64,000 nt of DNA. It comes from Lama guanicoe (lineage: Eukaryota). The stretch is taken from the NCBI GenBank assembly GCA_013239625.1, contig MU054001.1, forward strand, positions 6,435,078 to 6,499,077. The letters run 5' to 3'. A program made the translations under genes and the position numbers. This document shows positions 12,310 to 26,324 of the stretch, in pieces (the first letter of the stretch is position 1; the number at the start of each line of letters is the position of its first letter). The notes below the pieces were generated by a model. It did no database searches. It was not told the origin of the DNA and saw only the letters and a list, made by a program, of their open reading frames with translations.

Positions 12310-13470
12310 AAAAAAATTGAATACGTAAATATAAGAGCTAAAACTATAAACTCTTAGAAGAAAGCATAAGGGTAAATTTTTATGACTTTGAATTTGGAAA
12401 TGGATTCTTAGACCTGATACCAAAAAGACCAAGCAATACAAGAAAAATTAGATGAAGTGGATTCATCAAATTAAAAACTTTTATACAGCACAGGAAACTG
12501 TCAAGAAACTGACAAGACAATGTACAGAATAGGAAAAAATACTGACAAATCATACATCCGATAAAGAACTAGGATCCAGTCTAGATAAAGAACTCTTACA
12601 TCTCCAAGCAATAAGTAACCCAATTTAAAAATAGGCAAACAATTTGAATTTTCATTTTTCTCAAGATACACAAATGGCCAATAAATATATGAAGACATGC
12701 TCAACCTCATCAGACATCAGGAAAATGCAAATCAAAACCACAATATACTATATCACACCCTCCATGACAGCTATAATAAAACAAAGGGATAGTAGTAAGT
12801 GTTCACAAAGAAATGGAGATATTGGAACCCTCATGCATTGCTAGTGAGAATGTAGGATGATAAAGCCGCTTGGGAAAACAGTTTAACAGTTCCTCAGAAC
12901 TTTAAATACAGAGTTACCATGTGACCCAGCAATTATACTCCTAGGTATATACCCAAAAGAATTGAGAACATATGTATATGTCTGCATAAAAAACTTGTAC
13001 ATGAAAATTCATAGGAGTATTATTTATAATAGCCAAGAGTGGAAAAAGCCAAATGTCCATCAACAGATGAACAGATAAACAAAAAGTATAGCCATACAAT
13101 TAAATATTATTCAGGCATAAAAAGACTGAAGTACTGACACATGGTATAACATAGATGAACCTGGAAGTAGTATTCCAAGTGAAAGAAATCAGGTACAAAA
13201 AAGACCACATATTATATGATTCCATTTATATGAACTGTCCAGAATAGGGAAATCCATAGAGACACAAAGCAAATTAGTGTTTGCTAGAGGCTTGAGGGGG
13301 GGAAGAATGAGAAGTTACTAATGAATACAGAGGTTTGTTTTTTTTTTTTTTTGAGGTGATGAAAATGTTGTGAAATTAGATAGTGGTGATGGTTGCTCAC
13401 TGTGAAGATACTAAAAACCACTAAATTGTATACTCTTAAAAGAATGTGAAATATTTCAAGAATAAATAAA
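12310..13470 (+). mobile_element. L1MB-type 3' fragment (ORF2 end and 3'UTR)
   Basis: The ORF 12644-12844 peptide QMANKYMKTCSTS..IRKMQIKTT resembles the L1 ORF2 C-terminus. The fragment ends with gatggttgc...aataaataaa. Confidence 0.88.
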
Positions 13471-13564
13471 TTTTTAAAATATCTTGCATACAGAGATTTT
13501 TATTTAAAATAGTGCTCATTTGATGTTTACCTTAAGAAAAAAAATTATTTTTCTTTTTTTTTAG

Positions 13565-13659
13565 GAATTTAACATGGCATCCTGCCTTGACCACTAAGAG
13601 TAAAATGCGAATTCCACATTCTCATGCATTCATTGATCTGACTGAAGATTTTACAGCAG
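13565..13659 (+). CDS. ITFG1: ITFG1 internal coding exon (95 nt, phase 2/1; probably exon 6), encodes (G)NLTWHPALTTKSKMRIPHSHAFIDLTEDFTA(D)
   Basis: Long T tract plus AG ends at 13564 and donor GTGAGT starts at 13660. The translation matches recalled human NLSWHPALTTTSKMRIPHSHAFIDLTEDFTAD. The phase is compatible with both neighbouring exons. Confidence 0.96.
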
Positions 13660-14039
13660 GTGAGTTGCACATAAATGTAAAGTATTTCTTTTGCACTGCT
13701 AAAGAATGATAAGATTTTATTTACTTTTCTCTTAGTAATCATTTGCTATTGACTTGAAGGTTAAAACCAAAAGGTTAGAAGGCTATAAGAATCAGTGATA
13801 TCAGATACACGTAAAAAATACTGGATATAATAAGTATGTCTTTAGTTGTTGTATTTGCGGTTTGTTAATTACATCAAAATTTGGATTCTCCACTTACCAG
13901 GAATTCATGATAATTTAGACACATGTTGCCTGATGTTTCTTTCTCTTTCCATTTAAAAATTATCATGTAATAAATGCTGTAAATTTAATTAAAAGAAAAA
14001 TACTTAGCTCATGTGTTAAACACCTTCAGACTTTAAACA

Positions 14040-14840
14040 ATTTTTGTCATGAAAAAGTTTAAACACAGAAGAATAGAATGTGATGTACAAACTTTTAGTC
14101 ATCTCCTAGCTTCAGTGATAATCAATATATGGCCAATCTTCTTTCATCTCTTTAACTACCCAGGAGCCCCTCCAAAGGAAATTATCATTTATAAATATTT
14201 CAATCTGTATCTCTAAATGATACAGACTTTTTTTTTTTTAACAACCACAAGGTCATTTTCAAACATAAAAAACTTACTCACTATTCAGAATGCCCCAGTT
14301 CTCTCCTAAATGTTTTTATCACTTTATCAAATCAGGAGCTAAACAAGGTAAGTACTTACATAGAAAAAACGTCTCTGTTGTACAACTTCTCAGAGTCTTG
14401 GATTTTGCTGATTCTATCCCCATGGTGTGAACATGTGACTGTGTCCCCTGTATTTCCTCTAAACCAGTGATTAGAGTTGGGGCCTTGATCAGAATCACAC
14501 TCTTTTCTTTTTTTTTTTTTTTATTATTTTTTTCCAGCTCATTAGAAGGCACATAATTAGGTTCTTTATTTTGTGATGTTAAGATTGATCAGTAGCGTCA
14601 GTTTTCTTCAGCATGAACCGTTCATTATAATGCTCTCCTAATGGTTTTAACAGCTATTGATGATCCATGTCAGGTCTGTTATTTCAATAGGAGTTACAAA
14701 ATCATGGTACCCTATATCTGACACTCCTCAGCATGTACTATTATTTGGGTTTTCTATTAATAAATTAAAAAAAAAGAAACTTCTGTTATCTCTTCAGTCA
14801 CCTGAAGTACAGTTGAGATAGGTTAAATGCTTAAGTTTTC
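14040..14840 (-). mobile_element. Old L1MC/MD-type 3' fragment
   Basis: Phrases such as tggccaatcttctttcatct and ggattttgctgatt..atccccatggt are typical of reverse L1MC ends. Confidence 0.5.
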
Positions 14841-14859
14841 TTCCTTCCTATGTTTTCCT

Positions 14860-16800
14860 TTTTTTTTTAATTTGATAAAATACACATAACATAAAATGGA
14901 CCATCTTAACCATTTTTAAGTGTACAGTTCAGTACAGTACAGTACAGTAATATCAAATACATTCAAAATATTGACCTACCATCCAACTCTTTTCATCTTG
15001 TAAAACTGAAACTCTATACCCATTAAATACTAACTCCTTATTCAGCCTTTTCCCCCAGCTTCTGGCAACCACTATTTTGCTTTCTTTCTCTGTTTTTGAC
15101 TGCTCTAAATGCTTCCAATAAGTGATACTGTATTTGTTATTATGTGACTGGCTTATTTCACTTAGCATAATGTCCTTGAGGTTCATCCATGTTAAAGCAT
15201 ATGTCAGAATTTTCTTCCTTTTTAAAGCTGAATATTCCATTATATATAAACCACATTTTGCTTAGCTTCCCCATTTTAGCTATTGTGAATAATGCTGCTA
15301 TGAACATGGGTTTACAACGTTCTCTTAGAGATCCTCCTTTCAGTTGTTTTGAGTATATGCCCAGAAGTGGAATTACCGGATCATATAGTAATTCGGTTTT
15401 TAATTTTTTATTTTGCATTCCCACCAGCAGTGTACAAGGGTTCCAATTACTCCACATACTTGCCAACATTTGTTACTTTCTGGTGTTTGTTTTTTTTTTA
15501 TAATAGCCATTCTAATAGATATAGTGTGGTGTCTCATTGACGTTTCAGTTTGCATTCTTCCTAGTGCTTACTGATGTTGAGCAGTTTTTCATGTCATTAT
15601 TGTCCATTAGCATATCTTTTTTGGAGAAATGACTTTTCATGTCCTTTGCCTATTACTTAATTTCATTGTTTCTTTGGTATTGTTTTTAGTTACTCACTAT
15701 TGAGAATATTGTTCCCTCATCAGATACATGATATTCAAATATTTTCTCTCATTCTGTGGGATAACCTTTTTATTTTGTTAGTACTGTCTTTGGATGCAGA
15801 AAATACTTTAATTCCATGATGTCCAATTTTTCTGTTTCTGGCTCCCTGTGCCTTTGGTGTCCTATCTGAGAAATCATTGCCAGATCCATTGTCATGAAGC
15901 TCTTGCCCTTTATCTTCTCTTAAGAGTCTTCTACTTTTATCTCTTACATTTAGAGCTTTGATTCATTTTGAGTTAATTTATGTATATGGTATTAGATAAG
16001 GGCCCAGCTTCATTCTTTTCCATTGATGTCTAGTTTTCCCAGCACCATTTGTTAAAAAGATGTGTTATTTCCCTGTTGAGTGATCTTGCCACCCTTGTCA
16101 AAATTCATTTGACCGTATATTCAAGAATTTATTTTTGGATTCTCAGTTCTGTTTCACTGGTCTAATTTCACTGTTCTATTTCACTGATCCATTTCTCTGT
16201 TCTGTTTCACTGATCTAATTTCACTGATGCTGCTATGTTTTGATTACTGTAGTTTTGTAATATGTTTAGAAATCAGGAAGTATAAGCCCTCCAACTTTGC
16301 TCTTTTTCAAGATTGTTTGACTTTTTGAGGTCCCTTGAGATTCCACATGAATTTTAGGTTCTGTGTCTCTAAAAATGCCATTGGGATTTTGATAAGGATT
16401 GTTCTGAATCTGTAGATCACTTTGGATACTATTGGCATAACAATATTGTCTTCCAGTCATGAACATGCACTGTGTTTTCATTTACTTATTGTAGTGTTTT
16501 ATAATTTTTATTGTAGAAGTCTTTCACCTTCTTGATTAATTCCTAAGTATTTTATTCTTTTTTATTCTTTAGTGAATGAAGTGGTTTCTTAATTTTATTT
16601 GTGGATTATTCATTGTTTGTGTATAGAAATGCAACTGATTTTTGCATATTAATTTTTTATACTGCTGCTTTACTGAATTCATTTATTAGTCCTAATTTTT
16701 ATGGAATCTTTAGGGTTTTCTATACATAAGATCTGTGAACACAGTTAATTTTACTTTTTTCTTTCAAATTTGGATGTCTTTTATTTCTTTTTCTTATTCC
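14860..16800 (-). mobile_element. L1MB/MA-type 3' fragment (about 1.9 kb)
   Basis: Minus-strand ORF peptides resemble L1 ORF2 (ELLYDPVIPLLGIY, MFIAALFTIAK, KVGGLILPDF). The 3' end reads ttaaccatttttaagtgtacagttcagt. Confidence 0.9.
16146..16226. repeat. Short minisatellite, 13-14 bp unit (ttctatttcactg-like) x6, inside an L1
   Basis: The units read directly as gttctgtttcactg gtctaatttcactg ttctatttcactg atccatttctctg ttctgtttcactg atctaatttcactg. Confidence 0.85.
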
Positions 16801-18394
16801 CATTCTTTTTACCACTTTTCAAATATTTCTGATCTATTTTTGCAATTACATTTTTATATAGTGTACTAATTGCAAATGAGTAAAGCATGCCTGATGTTAA
16901 AATACTAAAACTTCCTTCCTATTAAACTATTTCATGTTAAACTTCTGAACTTTACTTGAAAAACAGGTAGCAAATAATATTGTATAATTTAAACTTTTTA
17001 TTAATTCTGAATGATTATGAATTTTACTACAGTATTTTCACTATCAAGATACAATTTGCAAAGTTAAGAAAATTTTACTGCTCAAATTACTTTGGATTTT
17101 ACTGATTTGAAACAAACTAGGCCACAAATTGAGCCTTTTGCCCAGTAAGTTTTTTATGGTTCTAAGAGCTTAGGTTCTCGAGTATGTGTTCAGATAGGAA
17201 AGAGGAGAGTTTAAGGAAGAGGAAAGAGAGGTGACTTTTAGTATTGCATACCTGATATGCTAAATCATGTAAAAACACAATAATAAGATTTTCAGTATGT
17301 TGTCCTGGAAGTTGTCTTAAAAGCTTCTTTTTCAAGATAAGGAAATCCTATAGTTATATGCTCATTTTCTGTTATCTCATTCCATTTTTATTGGCACACA
17401 CACAGACTTTTTTTTCACAATTCTTTTTTAAAGAACGATCTTAAATATGAGTTTTTAGAAACTTAATTTCTTTTAGTTCATTAATATGACTTCCTCAAAC
17501 AACACTGACTGTATTTAAGTAAAATTTTTAATGAAAATGTAACAATCATTATTGTCAGATGTTGGAATATATATTCAAAGAAATTTCTCAGTAGATTTTA
17601 TGTTTTATTTATAAATGATATGAATGCAACTCATTCTGTTACAAAAGCTGGAAAATCCAAAAGTAAATACATATCAAATCTTTAAAGCATTGTTTTTATT
17701 ATTGAAGTACTGTTTAACTTCACTAATTTATTCAAAAAAGTGTGGCTGGACTGGGGATGTGAACACACATATATTCACTTCAGGATATATTCTTCAAAGA
17801 GTAACAAAACATTTTTAGTCCTGCTTACTCTCCTAAAGTCAATATTCAAGAGTGAGGAATGAAAAGGAATACAGGTGGAGATGCTGGCTTTAAGGACAGC
17901 TGTGAAATAGGTGAAAACTTTCTTGCAGTCCCTTCATCTGTACTGTTCTTGATCTCTCACCCTTCTGGGACTCTGGCAACATTACTCACTTTCCTTCAGC
18001 CATCAGATGCTCTCAAACTGACCCTCAATTGTCCTGAATTTTCCACAACTTGCTTTCATCCCTTGAGTAAACCTTCCCCTTACCTTTTATCCCAACAAAA
18101 CTTTCCCAGGGTATCTGCCTAGCCAAAGTGATAAACCATTGAAAACAAGGTAGAGATTTGCTGCTGCAGATTTTCCCCAACCAAACAGCACATATATTTC
18201 AAAAGAGACCTTGAGTCCCATGAGAACTGAGTAATATAATAATTGTCAGCACTTTATCATAGTCAATGGGAAGATATTTTGTGAAGGGCAGTTAACTTCA
18301 CTGCCCCTTAAATCATACCTCCTGAATGACTACACTGCTTCATGGTTTCCACCCAGAGCTAAGACAGGAAAGACCCAACTAAAAGCCCTCCTAA

Positions 18395-21300
18395 GGAACT
18401 CTGAGCCAATTATATGCAGGCTCAGCGGATGCAGCACTGATGCCGGTGGCTTTGTGAGTGCACATGCATGCCTAAGGGACCTCAGAGCCAATTACCAGGG
18501 TTCCTAAGTCGAGGGGGCTCCTGCGGGCAGTGCCAGCAACAGTGATCTTCATGGGCACACATACCAGATGGCAGGTGGCATCACAGAATTTCATGACCCA
18601 GTGAAAAGCTCGAGGGAAAGAACATGCAGTGGCTCCTTTACCAGCAGGAGCACTCCAGTCCTGCCTCAGTCACACAATTTAGAACTGTATCTGAGGCCTT
18701 CTGCTGCAACAACTGGAGAGCAGACCCTGCTCCCGACCAGTCTGTGATAACCACAAGCAAAGAGTAGGCCCCATGCAACATCCAGTGTAGTCTCTAGTCA
18801 CCACAACACAAAACACACCCCCTGTCAAAGGAACAAGGGCCAGCACACCTTGAGGAAAAACATAGTAGCATCCATGCCAAAAACAGCCCTCCCACCAAAA
18901 ATACTGGACTCAACCAAGCTAGACAGGGATACTCCCACATGAAAACAGCCCTTCAACACCACGGTAGATAATTGTTTCTCCTAAATTTATTAGTCAGAGA
19001 AATAAAAGAAAAATGAAAAGCCAGGGAAACTACCCTCAATTAAAAGAACAGGAGAAGTCCCCTGAAAGAAAAACAATGAAACAGACTTCTTCAGTCCACC
19101 AGACCCCAAGTTCAAAAAGGAGGAAATAAAATGCTAAAGGAATTAGGAAAGAATATTGATAGAAATGCAGATCACTGTAACAAAGAACTAGAAGCTATAA
19201 AGAGGAACCAATCAAAATTAGACAACTTAATTGTCAAGATGAAAACTGAGCTAAAGGCAATAAATACCAAACTAAATAATGCAGAAGAATGAGTAAGTGA
19301 TCTGGAGGACAGAATGACAGAAATCACCCAGTCAGAACAGCAAACAGATGGACAAATGGGAAAACAAAAATGAAAGCAACATACAAGATGTCTGGTATAA
19401 GATAAAGCACCCCAATCTACAAATAATAGTAATCCCAGAAGAAGAAGAGTAAAGGGGATCAAAATGTATTTGAAGAAATTATTTCTGAAAACTTCCAAAA
19501 CCAAAAGAAGGAAACATATCCAGGTACAGGAAGCACAGAGGGTCCCAAACAAAATGAACCCAAATAGACCTACACTAAGACATATTATGATTAAAATGGC
19601 CAAAATTAAAGATAAAGAAGGGATTCTAAAAGCAGCAAGAAAAAAACAAAGAGTTAGCTACAAGGGAACCACCATAAAGCTATCAACTGACTTCTCTACA
19701 GAAACACTGCTGGCTAGAAGGGCAAGATGTTCAGTCCTGAAGAAGAAAAGTCTGCAACCTAGGATACTCTACTAACCAAGAATATCCTTTAGAATAGGAA
19801 GAGAGATAAGAAATCTCTCAGATAAGCAAAAAATAAAAGAATTCAACAGTACTAAACCTATCCTAAAGGAGATATTGAAAGATCTTCTCTGAATAGTAAA
19901 CAAGCAAGAATCTATAGGAAAGGGGAGATCACAATAGGAAATGTAAATATATAAAATGATTGAAGATCACTTAAATAAGCCAGTAGATAGATTTTAAAAT
20001 AATCAAAAAATTATGTGATAGTAATTACTACAAAGAATAGCAAAAGGATAAATATGAACATGTAAGGTAGGACATCAAAATCACAGGAAGGGAGTAAGAA
20101 AATGTAGATCTTTCAGAATGTGTTTGAGTTCATATGACTATCAGTTTAAAGCAATTAGGTTAACATACTTGAAAATGAGGGTAACCACAAATCAGAAACA
20201 CGTAGTAGATTAACAAAAACCAAAAAGAAAGAAATTCAAACATAGTATAAGAGAAAATCATCAAACCACAATAGGAGAAACAGGGGTAAAAAGTATAAAA
20301 TCAACTGGAAAACAGAGTTTTAAATGGCAATGAATGCATATTTATCAATAATTACTTTAAACTTCAATGGATTATATGCTCCAATCAAAAGACATAGAGT
20401 AGCAGATTGATAATAAACAAGAACCTACCAAATGCTGCCTATAGGAGACCCACTTTAGGGTAAAACACTCAGACTGAAAGTGAGGGGATGGAAAAAAATA
20501 TTTCATGCAAATGCAAGAAAGCACGGGTAGCATTACTCATATCAGACAAAACAGACTTTAAAACAAGTCCTTAAGGAAATGCAAAGAAGGAGACGTAAAT
20601 AATGATAAAAATGTAAACACAAGAAAAGCATATCACACTTGTTAACTTATGTGTACCCAAAATAAGAGCACCTAATTACATAAAATACTAACAGATATAA
20701 AGGGAGAAATTGATGGGAATACATCATAGTAGGAGACTTTAACACCTGACTGACATCAATGGACAGATCCTCATACAAAAAATCAATAAAGTAAGAGAAA
20801 TCATGAATGACACAATAAAACATTTAGACTTAATTGATACCTACAAGGCACTACATCCAAAAAGAGAATATACATTCCTTTCAAGATCACATGGAACATT
20901 CTCAAGATTAGGCCACGTACTAGGACACAATATGAGCCTCAACAAATTTAAGAGGTTAGAAATTATTTCAAGCATCTTTTCATATCACAACAGCATGTAA
21001 CTACAAATAAACCACAGAAACAAATAAGAAAAAAATGACTACATGGAGACTATACAACATGCTACTAAAAAAATAGTTCTTAGAGGGAAGTTCATAGGCC
21101 TTCCTCAAAAGACTAGAAAAATCTCAAATAACCTAACCTACCACCTTAAAAAAAAAAAAGGACAAACAAAACCTAAGCTCACCTGAAGGAAGGAAATGAT
21201 AAAGATTAGACAGGAAATAAATAAAATAGAGATTTAAAAAATAGAAAAAAATTCATAAAACAAAGACCTGGTTTCTTGAATGCATAAACAAAATCGACAA

Positions 21301-24300
21301 ATCTCTGGCCAGACTCACCAAGAAGAAGAGAGAAAGAACTCAAATAAACAAAATAAGTAATAAAAGAGGAGAAATTGCAACTGATGCCACAGAAATACAA
21401 AAACATAAGAAAATACTATGAATAGTTACACCAAGAAAATAGGCAACCTATAGGTAATGGGCAAGTTTCTAGAAACACACAGACTGCCAACCTGAATCAA
21501 GAAGAAACAGATAATAAAACAGATTGAACAGACCAATTACTAGAAGTAAAATAGAAACTGTAATTAAAAAAAAAATTTCCAGCAGACAAAAGTCCAGGAC
21601 CAGATGGCTTGACGAGAATTTTCTAGTATGAAGAACAACTTATACTTATCTTTCTCAAACTATTCCAAAAGATTGAAGAGGCAGGAACACTCCCAAAGTT
21701 ATTCCTTGAATCCACTATCATCCTGATACCAAAATCAGACAAAGACACTACCAAAAAAGGAAATTACAGGCCAATATCTTTGATATCTTTGATGAATGTA
21801 GGTGCAAAAATCCTCAGCAAAATTAGCAAGTCAAATTCAATACATAAAAAAGATCATGCACCATGATCAAGCTGGATTCATCCCAGGGTCACAAGGCTGG
21901 TTCAACATATGCAAATAAGTCAGTGTGACACACCACATCAACAAAAGAAAGGACAAAAATCACATGATCATCTCAACAGATGCAGAAAAAGCATTTGATA
22001 CAGTTCAACACCCATTCATAATGAAAACTCCTGCCAAAGTGGATATAGAAGGAACATATGTCAACATAATAAAAGCTATTTATGACAAGCTCACAGCCAA
22101 CATAACATTAAATGCTGAAAAGCAGAAAGCCTTCCTGCTAAATTCTGGAACAAGGCAAAGATGCCCACTCTCACCACTTCTATTCAATATAATATTGGAA
22201 GTCCTAGCTACAGCAGACAAGAAAAAGAAATAAAAAGGATGTAAATTGAAAAGTAAGATGTAAAATTTTCATTATATATATGTGACATGATATTCTATGT
22301 AGAAAACCCTAAAAACTGCACAAAAACTATTAGAACGTTAAATGAATTCAGAAAGGTTGCAGGATACAAGATTAACATACAGAAATCTGTTGCATTTCTT
22401 TATGCTAACAATGAAATATCAGAAAGAGAAGGTTAAAAAAATTCCGTTTAAAATCAGATCAAAGAAATAAAATACCTAGGAATAAATCTAACTAAGGAGG
22501 TGAAAGTCTTAAAAGCTGAAAACTGTTAATCATTGATGAAGGAAATCAAACATGATTCATGAAAATAGAAAGATATTCTATGCTCTTGGATTGGAAGAAT
22601 TGATACTTTTTAAATGGCCATACTACCCAAAGCAATCTACAGATTTAATACAATCCCTATAAATTACATTTTTCACAGAGCTAGAACAAAGAATCCTAAA
22701 ATTTATATGGAACCACAGTAGACTCAGAATTGCCATGGCAGTTTTGAGGGGGAAAAAACAAAGCTGGATGCATAACCTTTCCAGACTTCAGATAATACTA
22801 CAAAGCTGTAGTAATCAAAGCAGTGTGATAATTGACACAAAAACAGACATATAGATCAATGGAACAGGATAGGGAGCCCAGAAACCCACACACCTATGGT
22901 CAATTAATATTTAACAAAACAGGCAAGGGTATACTATGGAGAAAAGACAGCCTCTTCAGCAAATGGTGTTGGGAAAGCTGGACAGCCACATGTAAATCAA
23001 TAAAGTTTAGAACACTCCCTCACACCATACACAAAAATGTATTCAAAATGGCTTAAAGACTTTAAATATAGGACATGACACCATTGAAGTTCTAGAAGAG
23101 GACACATGCAAACATTCTCTGTCATAAATTGTAGGAATATTTTCTTAGGTTGGTCTCCCAAGGTAATAAAAATAAAAGCAAAAATAAATAAATGGGAACT
23201 CATGAAAGTTATAAGCTTTTGCACAGCAAAGGAAACCATAAACAAACAAAAAGACAATCTATGGAATGGGAATAAATATTTGCAAATGATACACGGACAA
23301 AGACTTAATTTCCAAAATGTATAAATAGCTCATTCAACTCAATAACAAACAACTCAATCCGGAAATGAGCAGAAGACCTAAATAGATATTTCTTCAAAGA
23401 AGACTTACAGATGGCCAATAGGCACATAAAAAGATGCTCAACATCACTAATTATTAGAATTGCAAATCAAAACTACAATGAGATATCACCTCACACCAAT
23501 CAGAATAGCCATCATCAAAAAGTCTACAAATTATAAATGCTGGAGAGGATGTGGGAAAAGGGAACCCTCCTACACTTTTGGTAGGAGTATAAATTGGTGC
23601 AGCACTATGGAGAACAGTATGGAGGTTCCTTAAAAAACTAAATATAGAGTTACCATATGATCCAGCAATCTCTATCTTGGATATATATCTGGAAAAATGA
23701 AAACTCTAATTCAAAAAGATATGTGCACATCAGTGTTCATAGCAGCACGATTTACAATAGCCAAGAGCTGGAAGCAACCTAGGTGTCCATAGACAGATGA
23801 ATGGATTTAAAAAAAATGTGTGTGTGTTTATACACATATATACAATGGAATATTATTCAGACATGAAAAGAATGAAATGATGCCTTTTGAAGGAACATGG
23901 ATAGACCTATAGAGATTATCATACTAAGTGAAGTAAGTCAGACAGAGAAAGATAAATATTTTATGATATCACTTTTATGTGGAGTCTAAAAAATAGTACA
24001 AATGAACTTATTTGCAAAACAGAAACAGACTCACAGACATAGAATACAAACTTATGGTTACCAAAGGGGAAAGTGGGCAGAGGGATAAATTGGGAGTATG
24101 GGATTAACATATGCACACTACCATGTATAAAGTACTTAAACAGCAAGTATTTACTGTATAGCACTATAGCACAAGGAGCTATGTTCAGTATCTTATAATA
24201 AACTATAATGGAAAAGAATTGAAAAAAGGATATGTATACATATATATTTATCACTGAATCACTTTGCTGTATGCCTGAAACTAATATGATATTATAAATC

Positions 24301-24360
24301 AACTGTACTTCAATTTAAAAGTTAAAAAATTTTTAAATATAAAATTATAAGCAAAAATAA

Positions 24361-24437
<77 letters not shown>
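18395..24437 (+). mobile_element. Near-full-length decayed LINE-1 (5'UTR, ORF1 about 19013-19892, spacer of about 430 bp, ORF2 from 20324, 3'UTR), sense to ITFG1
   Basis: ORF1 remnant IQVQEAQRVPNKMNPNRPTLRHIMIKMAK and ORF2 remnants ([40 protein letters not shown]) with many stops and frameshifts. TSD aagccctcctaa (18383-18394) versus aagcccctcctaa (24438-24450), at a ct/aaaa endonuclease-type site. Confidence 0.95.

Positions 24438-24440
<3 letters not shown>
24361..24440 (+). repeat. Compound microsatellite (TAAA)11-TAA-(GCAA)8 derived from the L1 poly(A) tail
   Basis: Read directly; it lies between the L1 3'UTR and the right TSD. Confidence 0.95.
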
Positions 24441-24441
<1 letters not shown>

Positions 24442-26324
24442 CCCTCCTAACTGGGTCTTTTTCCTCATCTCTTGCTTCTTTGGCCCATTCATCTTGGACA
24501 TTCTGCTGAATGACCACCTTCAAGCACTAAGGGCCAGGCCACTCCTGCTTCAAAAACCTTCCCTGGTTCCCCGTTACTTCCCAGATAATATACAAATTTC
24601 TGTTTTCTAAATGTCCTGTGGCTGGGCCTGTCTTGCCTTTCTGGCCTCTTGTTTGATTACACCCTGAATGAGCTGGGGTTTTTTGTTTTGTTTGTTTGTT
24701 TTAGATTCCACATATAAAAGAGATCATACGGTATTTGTCTTTCTCTGTCTTACTTATTTCACTTCCCTTGGAAAATGCCATTAAAATGTATTTGATCCTT
24801 TTATATTTTTGCATTTAAATCTTTGATCCAGTTGGATTTTCTTGTTGATGTTTTCGTTCTCTCTTTAGATACACATCTCCTTGTGTTGAGAGCCCCTGAG
24901 GATTCCTTATTTGGCAGCACAGGCTTCCTAATTCCTCCCTTGCTACTGAGGAATTAATTCCTGCACTTATTGTTTATCTGTGTCCTCCCTTATAGAGCAT
25001 GTGGGTTATCAAAACCTTCTTACAGGTTTTCCATAAGTAAAAGGAATAGTCCCAATCATTGGTCATTTCAACATGAGATTTATTACATTTAAGTAAAAGA
25101 GGACTCACTTTAAAAGGAATATCATGAATATTCGCATTAAAATTTTAACAAATTACAACATAGTTGTACACAGGAAACATAGCCTCTTTGTTTTCTAAAA
25201 TCAAGACTGTGCCTTGGGCAGACATGGGAGAAACAAAATTTAAAGTTCTCAATTAGCATTATGTATCTTGGTCTTTTGAGGATTTTAATTTATTGGTTTT
25301 TCTGGATCTTAACCTATTTCTTCTTCTAGCAAACATGGCAGCTACATGAGCCTGAGGATAGGCTTGTATGTCCTCCAGGAATTGGAAGGATGGGTTTTTG
25401 TATCTGCCCTGAGGTCCTTGTGCCCATCACAATGATGGCCCTTGTGTGTTGAGTGCCCTGCTAGCATTTGCTGCTGAAGTTGGCAGCTGAGGACCTCCTG
25501 ATCTCTTCTCCTGGCTCATTGAGAGCCTCAAAGTCTTCCCTAGTTGACTTGATTATGCCTTGAATCTCACTGTTCTAATGGATTCCTCTTAAGCTCCACC
25601 TCTTCACCCAGCCCTCTAACTTGGACTGTCCATTGTCCATCCTTTACCATGGAATTAATTTGCCTTGTACCATAGTAGCCCATGGAAGATCCACTGGTCC
25701 TCAATTTGGCTACTGTTTATGTTCACCTCAGGGAATCTTAAGCCTCTTTTCTACACATGAAAATTAAGAGAAATTTGAGAATACTAGGTTAAGACCCTCT
25801 ATGATGTTTTTTTGTTCTGTGAGGATAACACCTATACATAATCATCTCAAAAGACAGGCTTTTCCCCAAATTCCAACAAGAAGCAAGGCTCTGGTCTCCC
25901 TTTGTATTCTGCTTTCCTTTCATCTTCATCATTGTCCCCCTCCAGGTTGAACCCTCACATTGAGGCCAGAAGAGGGGGTCAAGGAAACTGGCCATGACTC
26001 TGATCTGTCTTCCAGCAATCTCTGACTCCTCCTCTTTACCCCAAGCCTTCTCATTGCCTCCCACAGTAGCTGACATCTAGACTTGAGTTCTTTCTACCTG
26101 TGGCTTAAAGTAAAATTTGTTCAGATACCTAGGTTTTACTTTTAATAGGTAAACAGAATTCTGGGGGTTTAAGTAGCTCATTTCATTCCATTTCATTTCA
26201 ACATAGCCTGACTTTAAATACTTTTTTTTTGGCTGAAAACTCAAAAACTGCCATTTTGGAAATCAAAAGCTGAATATTGGCTCTTTTTTGCTGCCCTGCT
26301 GTAAAAACCTTAATCTTTACCTCT

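Noticed and set aside
18369..24460. 9-bp inverted repeat (aaagaccca / tgggtcttt) bracketing the reconstructed L1 target site
   Set aside because: A 9-bp stem with an 18-nt loop is compatible with chance, and the site is already explained by the ct/aaaa endonuclease motif.
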